DNA of 64,000 nt from assembly GCA_963764785.1 (NCBI GenBank), contig CAVXTU010000001.1:478015-542014 (forward strand), in the 5' to 3' direction. Numbering within the stretch: position 1 is the stretch's first letter; each line of letters begins with the position of its first letter. This DNA is from an uncultured Chloroflexia bacterium (lineage in GTDB: Bacteria > Chloroflexota > Limnocylindria > Limnocylindrales > CSP1-4). Under the pieces are notes generated by a model. The model had not been told where the DNA came from and made no database searches. It worked only from the letters and a program-made list of their open reading frames with translations. The position numbers and the translations under genes were made by a program. This document shows, piece by piece, positions 41,947 to 52,643 of this stretch.

Positions 41947-44900
41947 GTGAGGGCCTCCTCGGTCGACGGCAGCACGGGTGGGATCGACTCGAGGTGGCCG
42001 TCGATCCGCGTGTTCGGGGGAATCGGGCTCCAGGATGCCGATGGCCCGGTCAGTATCGGAGGGCCGCGGCAACGACGCCTCCTCGGTCTGCTGGCGCTTC
42101 GAGCGGACAAGGTCCTCGACATCGACTGGCTCGCAGAGTACCTCTGGGACGACGAGGACCGGCCTGATCTAACGGAGCCTCTGCTACGGACGTACGTGTC
42201 GCGGCTGCGCGCGGCGTTCCCATCCCGCGCGCGCGAGTGGGTCGTCACCGAGTCGGAGGGATACCGGCTGGACGCACCGCCCGACGCTATCGAGCACCTC
42301 CGGTTCGGTCGGCTTCGGGCCAGCGCGACGCAGGCGCGCGAGCGGGGCGACCCGCAGACGGCGATGCATTTGCTCGACCAAGCGCTGGATCTCTGGCGCG
42401 GCGACCCCTTCCGCGAGATCGGGGACCTGGAACTGGCCGAATCCGAGATCGAACGGCTGCAGCTCGATCGACTCGACATGATGGAAGAACGCTGGGAGGC
42501 GGCCCTGGCACTCGGTCGGCACACCCAGATCACCGGGGAGCTGGCGGCGTTCGCCTCTGAGCACGGGGAACGGGACCGAGCAGTCCGGCAGTACGCTCTC
42601 GCGCTCCACCGCAGCGGTCAGACAACGGGGGCCCTGCGCGTCGTCCGCGAGCACCGTCGCGTCATGGTCGAGGAGTTCGGCCTCGACACCTCCGCTGAGA
42701 TCACTCATCTCGAACAGGCGCTGCTCGACGACGACCCGGCACTGCTGGTCGAGAGGGATGGCCGTCCGTTGCGCGGCTACCGCCTGGTAGAGGAGATCGG
42801 TATGGGCTCCTTCGCGGTCGTCTGGCGCGGGATCCAGCCGTCCGTCGGCCGCGAGGTCGCCATCAAGCAGATCCGGGCAGAGCTCGCCACCCAGCCTGGC
42901 TTCATCCGCCGCTTCGAGGCCGAGGCGCACCTCGTGGCTCGGCTCGAGCACCCCCACATCGTGCCGCTCATCGACTACTGGCGGGATCCCGACTCGGCCT
43001 ATCTGGTCATGCGCTGGCTGGTTGGAGGCACCCTCGAACGTCGACTTGACGATGGCCCGCTGGCTGTCGACACGGCGATGGCGCTCGCTCAGCACATCGG
43101 TGGCGCGCTCTCAGCGGCCCATTCGCGCGGCGTGATCCACCGCGACGTGAAGTCGGCCAACATCCTCTTCGACGAGGACGACAACGCCTACCTGACCGAC
43201 TTCGGCATCGCGATGGAGGGCACCGACCCCGGTGGTCCGGAGGCGGCGCTGTCGCCGGGCTCACCCGCTTACGCCTCCCCGGAGCAGCTCCGCCGCGAGG
43301 CGCTCGGGCCGGCCAGCGACGTGTTCAGCCTGGGCGTCGTGCTCTTCGAGAGCCTCAGCGGATCGCTTCCCTTCCCCGCTGACACGCCGCTCGATGTGCT
43401 GGTCGACAAGCAGCTGACCGAGCCGTACCCCGCGCTTGCCGATATCCGGCCCGACATCCCTGAAGCCGTATCGGCAGCCATCGCCAAGGCCACTGCCAAG
43501 GACGTTGCCAGCCGATTCGCGAGTGTCGATGCCTTCGTCGCCGCCCTGACGTCCGGTGATGTCGCCGCGGTCGCAGTGGACACACCGGCGACCCCGCATG
43601 TGGTCGACGCCGCGCTCGAGGACCTGCCCAACCCGTACCTCGGCCTGCTCGCGTTCGACGATGCCAGCGCGGACCACTTCTACGGCAGGGATCGACTCGT
43701 GGGCGAGCTGCTGGCGAGGCTGGATGGCAACGGCACGGCCTCGCGCTGCTTGGTGATCGTCGGTCCGTCCGGTTCAGGCAAGTCGTCGGTTGCCCGTGCG
43801 GGACTCCTGCCCAAGCTCCACGAGGGAGCGGTCGCTGGCTCCGCGGACTGGTTCCCGACGACGATGACACCCGGCGACGATCCATACGAGTCGCTCGAGG
43901 CCGCGCTGCTGCGGATCGCCGTCAACCCGCCCGCCACGCTCCTGGACCAGCTCCGCGACGGTCGCCGAGGCATCCTGCGCGGCATCCGGCGCTGCCTTCC
44001 CTCCGACGAAGATCGACTGCTGCTCCTCGTCGACCAGACGGAGGAGCTGTTCCTGGGCCGCTCTGCTGGAGATGCCGACGAGTTCCTGGACGCTCTCGCG
44101 GTGGCCGTCACGGATCCGACGTCGCCCTTGCGGCTGGCGATGACGCTGCGTGCCGACTACTACCAGTACCCGTTGGAGCACCCCACGTTCGCCCCAGTCC
44201 TTGACGCAGCGACCGTCAATGTCACGCCGCTCGCGGGCGACGAGCTCGAGCAGGCCATCGTGGAGCCGGCACGCAGCCTCGGCGTGAACTTCGGGCCCGG
44301 CCTTGTGGCGCGTATCGCTGCCGAGACGATGGGCCAACCTTCGCCGCTTCCGATGCTGCAGTACGCCCTTACGGAGCTCTTCGAGCGCCGACGGGTCCGC
44401 ACGATGACGGTCGACGCCTACGATGAGATCGGTGGGCTCGCCGGTGCGCTGGCGGCGCGGGCCGAGGCCATCTACGTCGAAGCGGAAGCCGACGAGCGAG
44501 CAGCGGTACGCCGCGTCTTCGGCGCCCTCGCAGACCCGGCCGAGGCTAGCGCCGATCTGCGACGGCGTGTCCGTCTGGCCGATCTTGGCGCCGACCCCGC
44601 GACCACGTGGGTGATCGACCACTTCGGTGCCGCACGCCTGCTCGTCTTCGACCACGATGCCGCCAGCCGCGACCCCACCGTGGAGATCACGCACGAGGCC
44701 CTGTTGCGCGAGTGGCCGCGCCTTGCTGCCTGGCTGGAGGCGGATCGCGAGGTCCTCAGGGCGACCGAGGAGCTGGCCGACGGCGCCAGTCGCTGGGATG
44801 CGGACGGACAGCGGGACGAGGACCTGCTTCGCGGGCTCCGACTTGAACAGGCCATCGAGCTGGCCGGGACCGATCCTCAACGTCTGCGGGAGCTCGACAG

Positions 44901-47209
44901 CGAGTACATCGCAGCGTCGCGTGTGGCCGCGGAGGTAGCGGATGCCGCCGAGCGCTCCCATCAGCGTCGGGTGCGAGTCCTGGGTGCGAGTGTCGCATTG
45001 GCGCTCGTCACCGCCGTCGTGCTGGGCGGACTCGCGCTGCTGCAGCAGACGAGGGCAGACGATGAGATGCGCGCGGCCGGGGCGGCGCAGGACCGCGCCG
45101 ACCTGGCGCTCCTGCAGAGGCGCGCGGCCGAGAGTGAGCCACGAGTCGGACTGCTGCTTGCCCTGGAGGCCCAGCGTCGCGACCCAGGCCCGGAGTCAGA
45201 CGACGTCCTGCTCGCCGCGCTCCGGCGTGCCGGAGGAGGGCGGCTCGTCGCCGCGTACCCGGCCCTGGCCTCCGGGCGCTGCGCCGCGGTAGCCGGCAGC
45301 GTCGTGTCACGTGACGGCTTGACGGAGTCCTCCACGGTCGACGGCATGCTCTCGACCCGGGACCTGGTCACAGGTCAGACGCGCCAGCGCGGGCCGATCC
45401 CGACAGACGGTTGCGTACGCTGGTTTGGCGACGAGACCACCGGTCGGCGGTACGCGTACGACCAGAACCGCAACCCCGGTCTCGACGGCGCCAGCCTCTG
45501 GCTCGGACGACTCGACGGGCCGTGGGAGGTGATGGTCAACCGGCCCTGGTCGAGCATCGTTTCGGGACCGCATGCGTTCGGTCCGACACGGCTGCTTCTC
45601 GAGGCTCCCGGCACGGTCTCCCTCGTCGACAGCGTGGCGGGTCGGCTGGTGGCCCCGCCGATCTTCGGACTGGCCGAAGAGCCTCGCGCCCAGCTCAGCC
45701 CAGACGAGGGACGCTTCGCGGTCGTGGCCAGCGACCCCCACACGGACGGGGAGATCGTCATCGTGCACGACGCACGCGACGGGAGCGAGCAGGTGCGGAC
45801 AGCCATCCCGTCGAGTGTCACCGCGCTGGCGTTCGACGACGACAGGGCGCAGCTGCTCCTCGCCGCGAGCGACGGTCATCTGCGCACGGTCGATCTCAGC
45901 GATGGTGCCGTCATCGCCGACGTCGCCGTCGACGGGATGCAGATCGAAGGGCCGGGCAGCATCGGCATCACTGCAGATGGTCTCGTCACCCTCATCTCGA
46001 GTGGTCCGGACGGTGGCGTCCAGGTCATCGACCGCGTCAGCGGCCAACCACGGGGCCCCATCCTCGAGCTCGCGGAGTCGATCGGTGGGCGGACACGGCC
46101 CGACGGCACCATCGTCACGTGGCGCTCTGATCACGAGCTCGCTGTCATCGATCCCCGATCCGATCCGCTCGTGGAGCAAACGGTGAGCCTTGCCATCGGC
46201 GACGCTCCACTCGGCGACAACGAGCAGATCGTCACCGTCAACGGGCAGCAGGCGACGATGCTGCTCCACCGATGAGGGCGGGCGACTCGCGGTCGTCGAC
46301 CTCTCCGAGGGTCAGGGCCGGTTCGTCTCCCTGCACACACCTGATGGCCGGCACTTCCCGGAGACCCGCGCGTACGCAGCAGGAGAAGGACTCGTGGCCG
46401 TCACCGACGACCAGCGAGTGGGCCTGTGGATCGACGATGTCGAGACCGACGAAGTCGTCATCGAGAGCGACCGGCGCGGTGGCCTCGTCGGGACGCGAAG
46501 CAACGACCCGTTCCTCATCGTGACTTTGGCCGACGGGCCGATGACGATCGAGGACGAGCACCTGCTGGACCTCAGCAACGACCGCATCGAGGAGCGGTTC
46601 GCGGTCACGGGAACGCCCACGGTGTGGATCTGGCCGATGTCCGATGGCGGGCTCTGGCGGGTCGGTCGAGATGGCTTGGCCGAGCGCTGGGATGCATCCG
46701 GCGAATTGCTCAAGGAGCAATCGTTTACCGTCCCCGACGCAGAGCGGATCAGCATCTTCGCCGCCGATGAGCACGGCCGCGTGGCCTACGTGCGAGCAGA
46801 CGCCCCCGGAGGCCTCAATCGTATCGAGGTTCGCGATCTCGAGCGCGGCGAGACGATCGAGCGGACCGCTCCCGGCCTCGTCAACTGGATGGGCTTCGCT
46901 CGAGATGGGGAGCTGCTCGCGCTGCAGATGGTCGATGGCAGTGTCCGGCTCATGGACGTCGAGAGCGGGGTGACCGGTGGCGTCCTCTGGGACGGCGATG
47001 GCACGCAGCTGCGGACGCCCTGGTACGACCAGGCAACCGATTCGATCTGGGTAGCCGCGCGCGAGCAGCTCGTTCGTCTTCCCATCGACCCGTCCGCGTG
47101 GCGTGAGCACGCCTGCGCCAGCGTGACCCGGGAGCTCACCGCGAGCGAGTGGGCCGAGCTGGTGCCCGGCGCCGAGGCGCAGGTCCCGGCCTGCCCAGCA
47201 GACGCATGA
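41947..47209 (+). CDS. giant multidomain protein: SARP (wHTH+BTAD) / Ser-Thr protein kinase / STAND P-loop NTPase / TM helix / beta-propeller repeats (apparent +1 frameshift at 46262-46272)
   Basis: IRVFGG...PRQRRLLGLLAL, LDLWRGDPF (BTAD). Kinase VAIKQIR, HRDVKSANILF, DFGIA, SPAYASPEQ (about 42778-43545). Walker A GPSGSGKSS (43762-43785). LLLLVDQTEELF. Helix VLGASVALALVTAVVLGGLALL (about 44978-45046). Blade-like repeats continue in ORF 46190..47209. The GTG 41947 start is tentative. Confidence 0.8.
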
Positions 47210-47258
47210 GGGGGACGACCGTGGATGGCGGTTACTTGGAGGGGATGGAGGTCAGGAG

Positions 47259-48362
47259 ATGACTCGACGAAAGACACACGAGCCGACGCGGAGAGCAACG
47301 ATGCGCTCGTTCGCCCTGGTGATCGCGACCGTCCTGGCGCTCGCGGTGGCAGGTACCGCGCCGATGGCGGCCGCCGAGGCGACTGACCCGATCGACCTCG
47401 AGGCCGAGCTCGGTGACATGGTCGGTCTCCAGTCCGGCGGGGCCGTGGCCCTGGCCGTGCATGACGGCGAGACGCGCAGTGCCGCTGTCGGCTACGCCGA
47501 CGCTGCGGGTGACCCGATGACCGTCGAGTCCGGGTTCCGGGTCGGCTGGTTCGACATGCAGTTCGTGGCTGCCTTGGTGCTTCAGCTCGTTGATGAAGGG
47601 CGGGTGGATCTCGACACACCACTCGCGACCTATCTGCCTGACGTTCCGCTCGGAGGTGACGCGACCATCCGGCAGCTGCTGACGCAGCAGGCGCGCCTGA
47701 GCAACGTCTTGCCGGAACTCATCAGCCGCTATTCGCAGGATCCGGCCCACCTGTGGACGATCGACGAGATCGTCGAGATCGCCGCCGAGGTAGCTCGTGA
47801 GGAAGGCACGCGCGTCGATCAGCTCGGGCCTACTGAGTACTTCCTGCTGACCGAACTGGTCGACGTCGTCGATGGGGGTATGTCCGACGCGTTCGACCGC
47901 CGCATCGTCGATCAGCTCAATCTGCAAGGGACGTCGTATCCGGGCAGTCGGATGCCCGAAGGGCTGGCCGCGGGTTGGCTCCTGGGTCTCGGCCTCGAGG
48001 GGCAGCCGGACATCGGAGGGCTGGACCGCATCAGCGGCTTCCGCACCACCGCCCCGGACCTGGCGCGGTTCCTCCAGGCATTGCTGGCCGGAGAGGTCGT
48101 CTCGAATGAGCTGCTCTCGGAGGTCTTCTCCGACGAGGTCGGTCCGATCACTCTCGGCGCCTTCTTCCTCCCTGACGCCATGGGCTACCCGGGCAGGCGA
48201 GTCTTCGGCACACGGGGCGGTGACTACTCCGGCTACAGCTTCGACATCGTCGTCGACCCCGAGACGGGCGATATCGCCGTCGTGCTCGCCAACAACGCCG
48301 ATATCGATACCCACCCCGTCGCCGCCTCCATCGTGGAGTCCTGGAGCACCGAAGGCGGCTGA
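47259..48362 (+). CDS. secreted beta-lactamase/serine-hydrolase-fold protein lacking catalytic motifs
   Basis: Signal peptide, then FRVGWFDMQFVAALVLQLVDEGRVDLDTPL, where SxxK is replaced by WFDM. Y-x-N position reads LGPTEYFLL and the H/KTG position reads GTRGGDYSG. Confidence 0.75.
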   Translation: MTRRKTHEPTRRATMRSFALVIATVLALAVAGTAPMAAAEATDPIDLEAELGDMVGLQSGGAVALAVHDGETRSAAVGYADAAGDPMTVESGFRVGWFDMQFVAALVLQLVDEGRVDLDTPLATYLPDVPLGGDATIRQLLTQQARLSNVLPELISRYSQDPAHLWTIDEIVEIAAEVAREEGTRVDQLGPTEYFLLTELVDVVDGGMSDAFDRRIVDQLNLQGTSYPGSRMPEGLAAGWLLGLGLEGQPDIGGLDRISGFRTTAPDLARFLQALLAGEVVSNELLSEVFSDEVGPITLGAFFLPDAMGYPGRRVFGTRGGDYSGYSFDIVVDPETGDIAVVLANNADIDTHPVAASIVESWSTEGG

Positions 48363-48467
48363 CGCTCGCTCGGATAGGTCCCTGCAAGGCGCTGCAAGCC
48401 GTTCGATAGGGCCAAGGAGGACGCTGCGGAGCGTCCAATCCCCCAACCCGAACGGAGGCACCAAGGA

Positions 48468-49182
48468 ATGCAGCACCAGGAACGACCGGAGCACGGCAAG
48501 GCATTCGCCAGGGCCATCACGACCACCACCATCGCACTCATGAGCATCGGCCTGCTCGCAGGCTCGGCCGTAGGGGTCGCGGCGCAAGACGAGGAGACGC
48601 GGCCGCCGGAGCTCCTGCCACAGTTGCGGGAAATCTTCATGTCGACGAGCCCGGAGCTGCCGGCGAGCGCTGCCGTCGACTACTCAGGGCGGGCGTTCGA
48701 TCTCGCCCCAGAGACGCCGATCTACTACACCTGGGAGAACGGAGAGTGGCCTGAAATCGGAGATGGTGCCAGGCACGTTCGACGAGGAGACCGGCGCTCT
48801 CACCGGTATGTCCGCCGGCTCGATCCCGGTGACAGCCAGTGACCCACGATTCAACTCCACCGCCTGGGTCACGGTCAACCTCCAGCAGCAGGAGGGTAAC
48901 GATGGCGTCGCGATCGTCGAGTCACGTTCGTTCCGTCTCATCGATGAGCTCGGATGCACCTGGACCGGAGAGAGCACGGCGGTAAGGTTCGGGATCCCGC
49001 CCGAGCCACCGGTGTACGACAGCGAGGCCGCCATGCTCACCGGGGATGGACCCTGCGAGGGACTCACCATGTGGACCACCGGCGACTACCTCGAGGATCC
49101 GTATGGCGAGGCGGTCATCTTCAGCGCTCCGGTCCCACCGGTGCCTGACGCACCCGACGCTGCGCTCGCGCTCGCTGACTAG
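48468..49182 (+). CDS. hypothetical secreted protein (apparent +1 frameshift near 48740-48765)
   Basis: Signal/TM segment ITTTTIALMSIGLLAGSAVGVAA. ORF 48468..48842 is continued by ORF 48763..49182. No recognised domain. Confidence 0.5.
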
Positions 49183-49334
49183 TGCGATAGCACCACCGAC
49201 GGCGGCGGCTGCCGAAACCCCGCTGGGGTCCGGGGGTCGCCGTCGTGTCTTTGGACCCGCGCTCGAGGTCGGGAGCTCCCGCGAGCACGAGCTCGTCCTC
49301 CTCGGCGCCGCGCGCTTCTGCTTGGGAGCACGGG

Positions 49335-49486
49335 AGACGATGGCTGGACGAGGTTCGCTCACGCCTCGAGCACGCTGCCATAACGGTACGCGGCCGCGGC
49401 CTTCCAAGCTGGATGTCGCGGGTTCGAATCCCGTCTGCCGCTCCACTCCCCTCTGTCACGCTCCTGGCGACACGATCGCTGTGTCA
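49335..49486 (+). repeat. att-like repeat R2: element arm + tRNA-Gly 3' half + downstream arm
   Basis: 49399-49445 equals tRNA positions 41673-41719 with 1 mismatch. The next 41 nt match 41720-41760 gaplessly at 29/41. The 65 nt upstream match the arm upstream of R3. Confidence 0.75.
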
Positions 49487-49927
49487 GTCGGCGAGCGCGT
49501 CCCGCTCCATCAGGTCCCTGAGGTTGTCGAGGTCGTTCTGGAACTGGCGCTTGGCGGCGGAGGTGAAGAGCGGCCCGACGAGCTTGAAGAACCCGCCGGG
49601 CTCCCCGTCGACGACCTGGACGACCCGCGTGCCGCCCGCCCCAGACTCGAACGTGAAGGTCATCGTCGCCGCGAACGGCCCCGTCATATCGAACGTGAGG
49701 TTGCGGTTCGGCTCGAACTCGGTGTAGGTGATGTCCATCTCGATGCGCCGGCCGAGGAACTTGCCGACGCTGTGCCAGGTCGTGCCGACACCGATGGGCC
49801 CGTCCGAGGTCTTGGTGGTCTCGTTCACCGATGAGATCCACTTCGCATCCTGCGAGGCGTCGCTGATGACGGCGAAGACCTCCTCCACCGGCCGCTCGAT
49901 CGTGGTGCTGACCTCTGCTCGGGCCAT
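49484..49927 (-). CDS. SRPBCC-family (polyketide cyclase/START-like) protein
   Basis: 147 aa: EVSTTIERPVEEVFAVISDASQDAKW...GVGTTWHSVGKFLGRRIEMDITYTEFEPNR, the typical SRPBCC ligand-binding fold pattern. Confidence 0.75.
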   Translation of the reverse strand: MARAEVSTTIERPVEEVFAVISDASQDAKWISSVNETTKTSDGPIGVGTTWHSVGKFLGRRIEMDITYTEFEPNRNLTFDMTGPFAATMTFTFESGAGGTRVVQVVDGEPGGFFKLVGPLFTSAAKRQFQNDLDNLRDLMERDALAD

Positions 49928-50069
49928 CTGGGGACCTCCGTCTTTGGGTGAGGCTCCCCCCTTGCTTCGCGATCAGGACGCGGAGTGTGCGCCGAAAGAG
50001 AAGGCACAGGAAGCCCCATGCTCGCCCTCCGGGCCGATCGGTGGGGAGACGGTCCTCATGCCCTGTACC

Positions 50070-50190
50070 AGACGATGACTGGACGAGATACGTTCTCGCC
50101 TCGAGCACCCTGCCACAGCGCTACGCGGACGCGGCCTTCCAAGCTGATGTCGAGGGTCCGGATCCCGTCTCCCGCTCAGATCAATCCTCG
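50070..50190 (+). repeat. att-like repeat R3: element arm + decayed tRNA-Gly 3' half
   Basis: 50134-50178 gccttccaagctgatgtcgagggtccggatcccgtctcccgctca is the tRNA 3' half with two 1-nt deletions and 3 substitutions. 50070-50133 parallels 49335-49398. Confidence 0.65.
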
Positions 50191-50191
50191 A

Positions 50192-51163
50192 TCAAGGCAA
50201 GGTTTCGAGCACCCTCGCGGTGTCATCGTCGCTCATGCCGATGGCGTAGGCAGTGTCACCCTGGACATACAAGAGGCCCCGGGACTCTCCATCCGACGAC
50301 AGCCTGGTCACCTGCTTGCCCCCGAGCGTCAGGTCCTCGGTCTCGACGCCCCCGGGGCCAGTGACGTTGCGGAACCATTCGACGATACCGGATCGGAGGC
50401 TGGATCCGTCCATGCCGACCACGCGAATCGCCGAGTAGTTTCCGAGACCCTCCCCTGATCCCGCGTCGGACCCGTTGACGCTGAGGATGAAGATGGCACC
50501 AAGGTCGGCACCCAGCGCGTCGGCCAGCGGCTGCCAGGCGGCGGCTTGCCCCTCATCGGCCTCGATGAGCTCCTGGGCGCTCAGCACCTCCTGGTTGCGA
50601 CCCCACTCGATGCCGTCCACGTCCGGCGGGGGCGCCAATGCCGCCTCGGCCACAGCACCATCCCCTGTTGACGTGGCGTCGATCGCGGGAAGCACCAGCT
50701 CAGCGACACCAGTCGCGAATGCGACGGGGTCGAGCCCGGGCACGGCATCGGGGTCGTCGAGTTCCAGGATGATGGACAGGATGCCGTCGTCAAGTCCGAC
50801 GTGCAGGTATCCATCGACCATGATGGCCGGGTGGTCGCCGATGTTGAACTCGACGATGTCGGGCGCTGCCTGCCGCATCAGGTCGAACGACATCCCGCTG
50901 GTCAGGATCGCCAGCGAGTAGGAGTCCGATGGTGATGACGCCTGGAAGCTGCACCACCCAGGAGCCCCGGAGGGATCGGGCGGGTCGAAACGGAGCGGGC
51001 TTAGCTCCTGGAGCGCGTCGACCGTGATGGCGTCACAGAAGGAACCGCCAGTGGAGGCTTCCGCGCCGAAGGCCATCGAGGCCGGGAGAGCCAGGGACAG
51101 GGCGAAGCCAAGTGACACAGCCAGGCTTCTCGCGCCGGTCATGGGCAGGGTTCGGAATGGCAT
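50192..51163 (-). CDS. hypothetical secreted protein
   Basis: Signal peptide MPFRTLPMTGARSLAVSLGFALSLALPASMAFGA. Acidic 323-aa ORF, last gene of the blaI-blaR1-like operon. Confidence 0.55.
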   Translation of the reverse strand: MPFRTLPMTGARSLAVSLGFALSLALPASMAFGAEASTGGSFCDAITVDALQELSPLRFDPPDPSGAPGWCSFQASSPSDSYSLAILTSGMSFDLMRQAAPDIVEFNIGDHPAIMVDGYLHVGLDDGILSIILELDDPDAVPGLDPVAFATGVAELVLPAIDATSTGDGAVAEAALAPPPDVDGIEWGRNQEVLSAQELIEADEGQAAAWQPLADALGADLGAIFILSVNGSDAGSGEGLGNYSAIRVVGMDGSSLRSGIVEWFRNVTGPGGVETEDLTLGGKQVTRLSSDGESRGLLYVQGDTAYAIGMSDDDTARVLETLP

Positions 51164-51290
51164 CGGGCGTCACCTCCAGCTCTCGTCGGCTACACATCGG
51201 TCAGCAGGTTCAGCCCACCATACCCGCGACGGGCAAGCGTGGCGCCCTAAGGCCTGGTCGCACCGAAGGCGACCGCCGGGCGTCAGTCCG

Positions 51291-52643
51291 CTACTGACGC
51301 GCCGTTCGGTCCACCTGCTCAAAGCGGATCACGGTCGGCACCGGGTCGCCATCATCGCGCTCGGCACGGCGCCTCGCCCTGGCCTGCCTGGCGCGAACCG
51401 CCGCCTTCCTGGCCCTGGCCTCACGTGCCTGGCGGGACTGCCGAGCCTTGGCCTGGCGGGGCTGCCCGGCCTTCGCGGCATTCGTGCCAGCGATCTTGCC
51501 GGACGTGGTGCTCACCCTTGCGCTCAGCATCGCCAGATCCTCTTCAGGATCCATGGTGACCGCTCCCGTCGGCTGAACAGCGGCGCGGCCCGTTCCCGCA
51601 AGGATCGTTCGTTCACTGTCACTCATGAGACCGGATGGCTGAGCCGCGCTCCGAGGGGCAGCCTGGTCCACGTCATTCGCGTAGCCCAGACCGACGGGCA
51701 ACAGGGGGACCACAGCAGCGACCAGGCCGATGGCCATCCAGCGAGGTGCTCGCCTGGCGCCCTGGCTGGCGATGATCAGTCGAAACCGCCGCTCGAGTGA
51801 CACGCCGCCGTCGATCCCGGTGGCCACCGCGGGTGGCTGGACGGCCGGGCGCGCGAGGTGTTCGACCACGGCGAGCAAGGCTCGTGCGTAGGACCGCGGA
51901 CGGGGCCCCAGGTGCTCGATGACCAAGGCATCACAGCTGGCCTCCTCGTCCAGGCGCAGGTTCTGTCGGGCCCACCAGGCCACCGGGTTCCACCAGAACG
52001 CGACGCAGGCGAGCCACTCCAGCCAGCGGACGAGGTGATCGCGACGCTTGACATGAGCAAGCTCGTGGCCAAGGACCCAGGCCAGCTGGTCACTCTGGAT
52101 GTCCTGCGCGAGCCCGCTTGGCAGGACGACCCGGACGCGGCCGCCGGTCCACCACGTCATCGGCGATAGGCGGGCCTCGGTGATGTAGACCAAGGGCACC
52201 GACTGGATCCCGAGGCGTCCTCCTGCGTCCTGGGCCATGAACTGGATCCATCCGGGCGCCTGCCGCGTGGTCCGCCACAGCAATCGATCGAATCGGTAGA
52301 TACGCAGCACCGACACCCCCAGGACGATGCCGCTGCCGATCCCCCAGATGATGAGCAGCCCGACCAGGGCGTCGTCGATGAGCGCACCCATCCCGAACGG
52401 GGCTTCGAGCAGCGTCCCGCCGCCGGCCGCGGCCGGCCCCCCCAGCAGCGCGCTCGTGGCGGGGATATGCGCCATGGGCAGTGACAGCACCGGTGGCGTG
52501 ATCAGCTTGACCAGTACCAGCACCCACAACAGGTGGGCCAGCACCGGATACTGCCCTCGGCGATGGACCGCGTAGGCGAACCCCGCGATGACCGCAGATG
52601 CCAGCAGATTGCTGAGCGCGACCTGGACCAGGAACGCCGTCAT
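51291..52643 (-). CDS. M56-family (BlaR1/MecR1-like) membrane metalloprotease lacking a penicillin-binding sensor domain
   Basis: VLGHELAHVKRRDHLVRWLEWLACVAFWWNPVAWW (HExxH plus WxNP). The C-terminus is a low-complexity Arg/Ala/Gln-rich tail. Confidence 0.8.
   Translation of the reverse strand: MTAFLVQVALSNLLASAVIAGFAYAVHRRGQYPVLAHLLWVLVLVKLITPPVLSLPMAHIPATSALLGGPAAAGGGTLLEAPFGMGALIDDALVGLLIIWGIGSGIVLGVSVLRIYRFDRLLWRTTRQAPGWIQFMAQDAGGRLGIQSVPLVYITEARLSPMTWWTGGRVRVVLPSGLAQDIQSDQLAWVLGHELAHVKRRDHLVRWLEWLACVAFWWNPVAWWARQNLRLDEEASCDALVIEHLGPRPRSYARALLAVVEHLARPAVQPPAVATGIDGGVSLERRFRLIIASQGARRAPRWMAIGLVAAVVPLLPVGLGYANDVDQAAPRSAAQPSGLMSDSERTILAGTGRAAVQPTGAVTMDPEEDLAMLSARVSTTSGKIAGTNAAKAGQPRQAKARQSRQAREARARKAAVRARQARARRRAERDDGDPVPTVIRFEQVDRTARQ

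Larger units (their letters stand above)
41720..49445 (+). mobile_element. putative integrated-element remnant at tRNA-Gly (no integrase recognised)
   Basis: Bounded by the intact tRNA and by a 47-nt copy of its 3' half (49399-49445, 1 mismatch). See repeat features and findings. Confidence 0.4.

Noticed and set aside
46190-47209. A separate 339-aa beta-propeller gene downstream of the giant ORF.
   Set aside because: Its first ~25 codons overlap the end of the 41755..46275 ORF. The blade-like repeats continue seamlessly (…QATMLLH|TDEGGRLAVVDL…), and the typical C-terminal end motif of STAND-propeller proteins occurs only here. It was treated as the same gene across a +1 break.
49370-49446. 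R2 as a second functional tRNA-Gly gene.
   Set aside because: Only the anticodon loop, T-arm and 3' acceptor strand are present. No complementary 5' acceptor strand (GCGGCAG) or D-arm can be found upstream.
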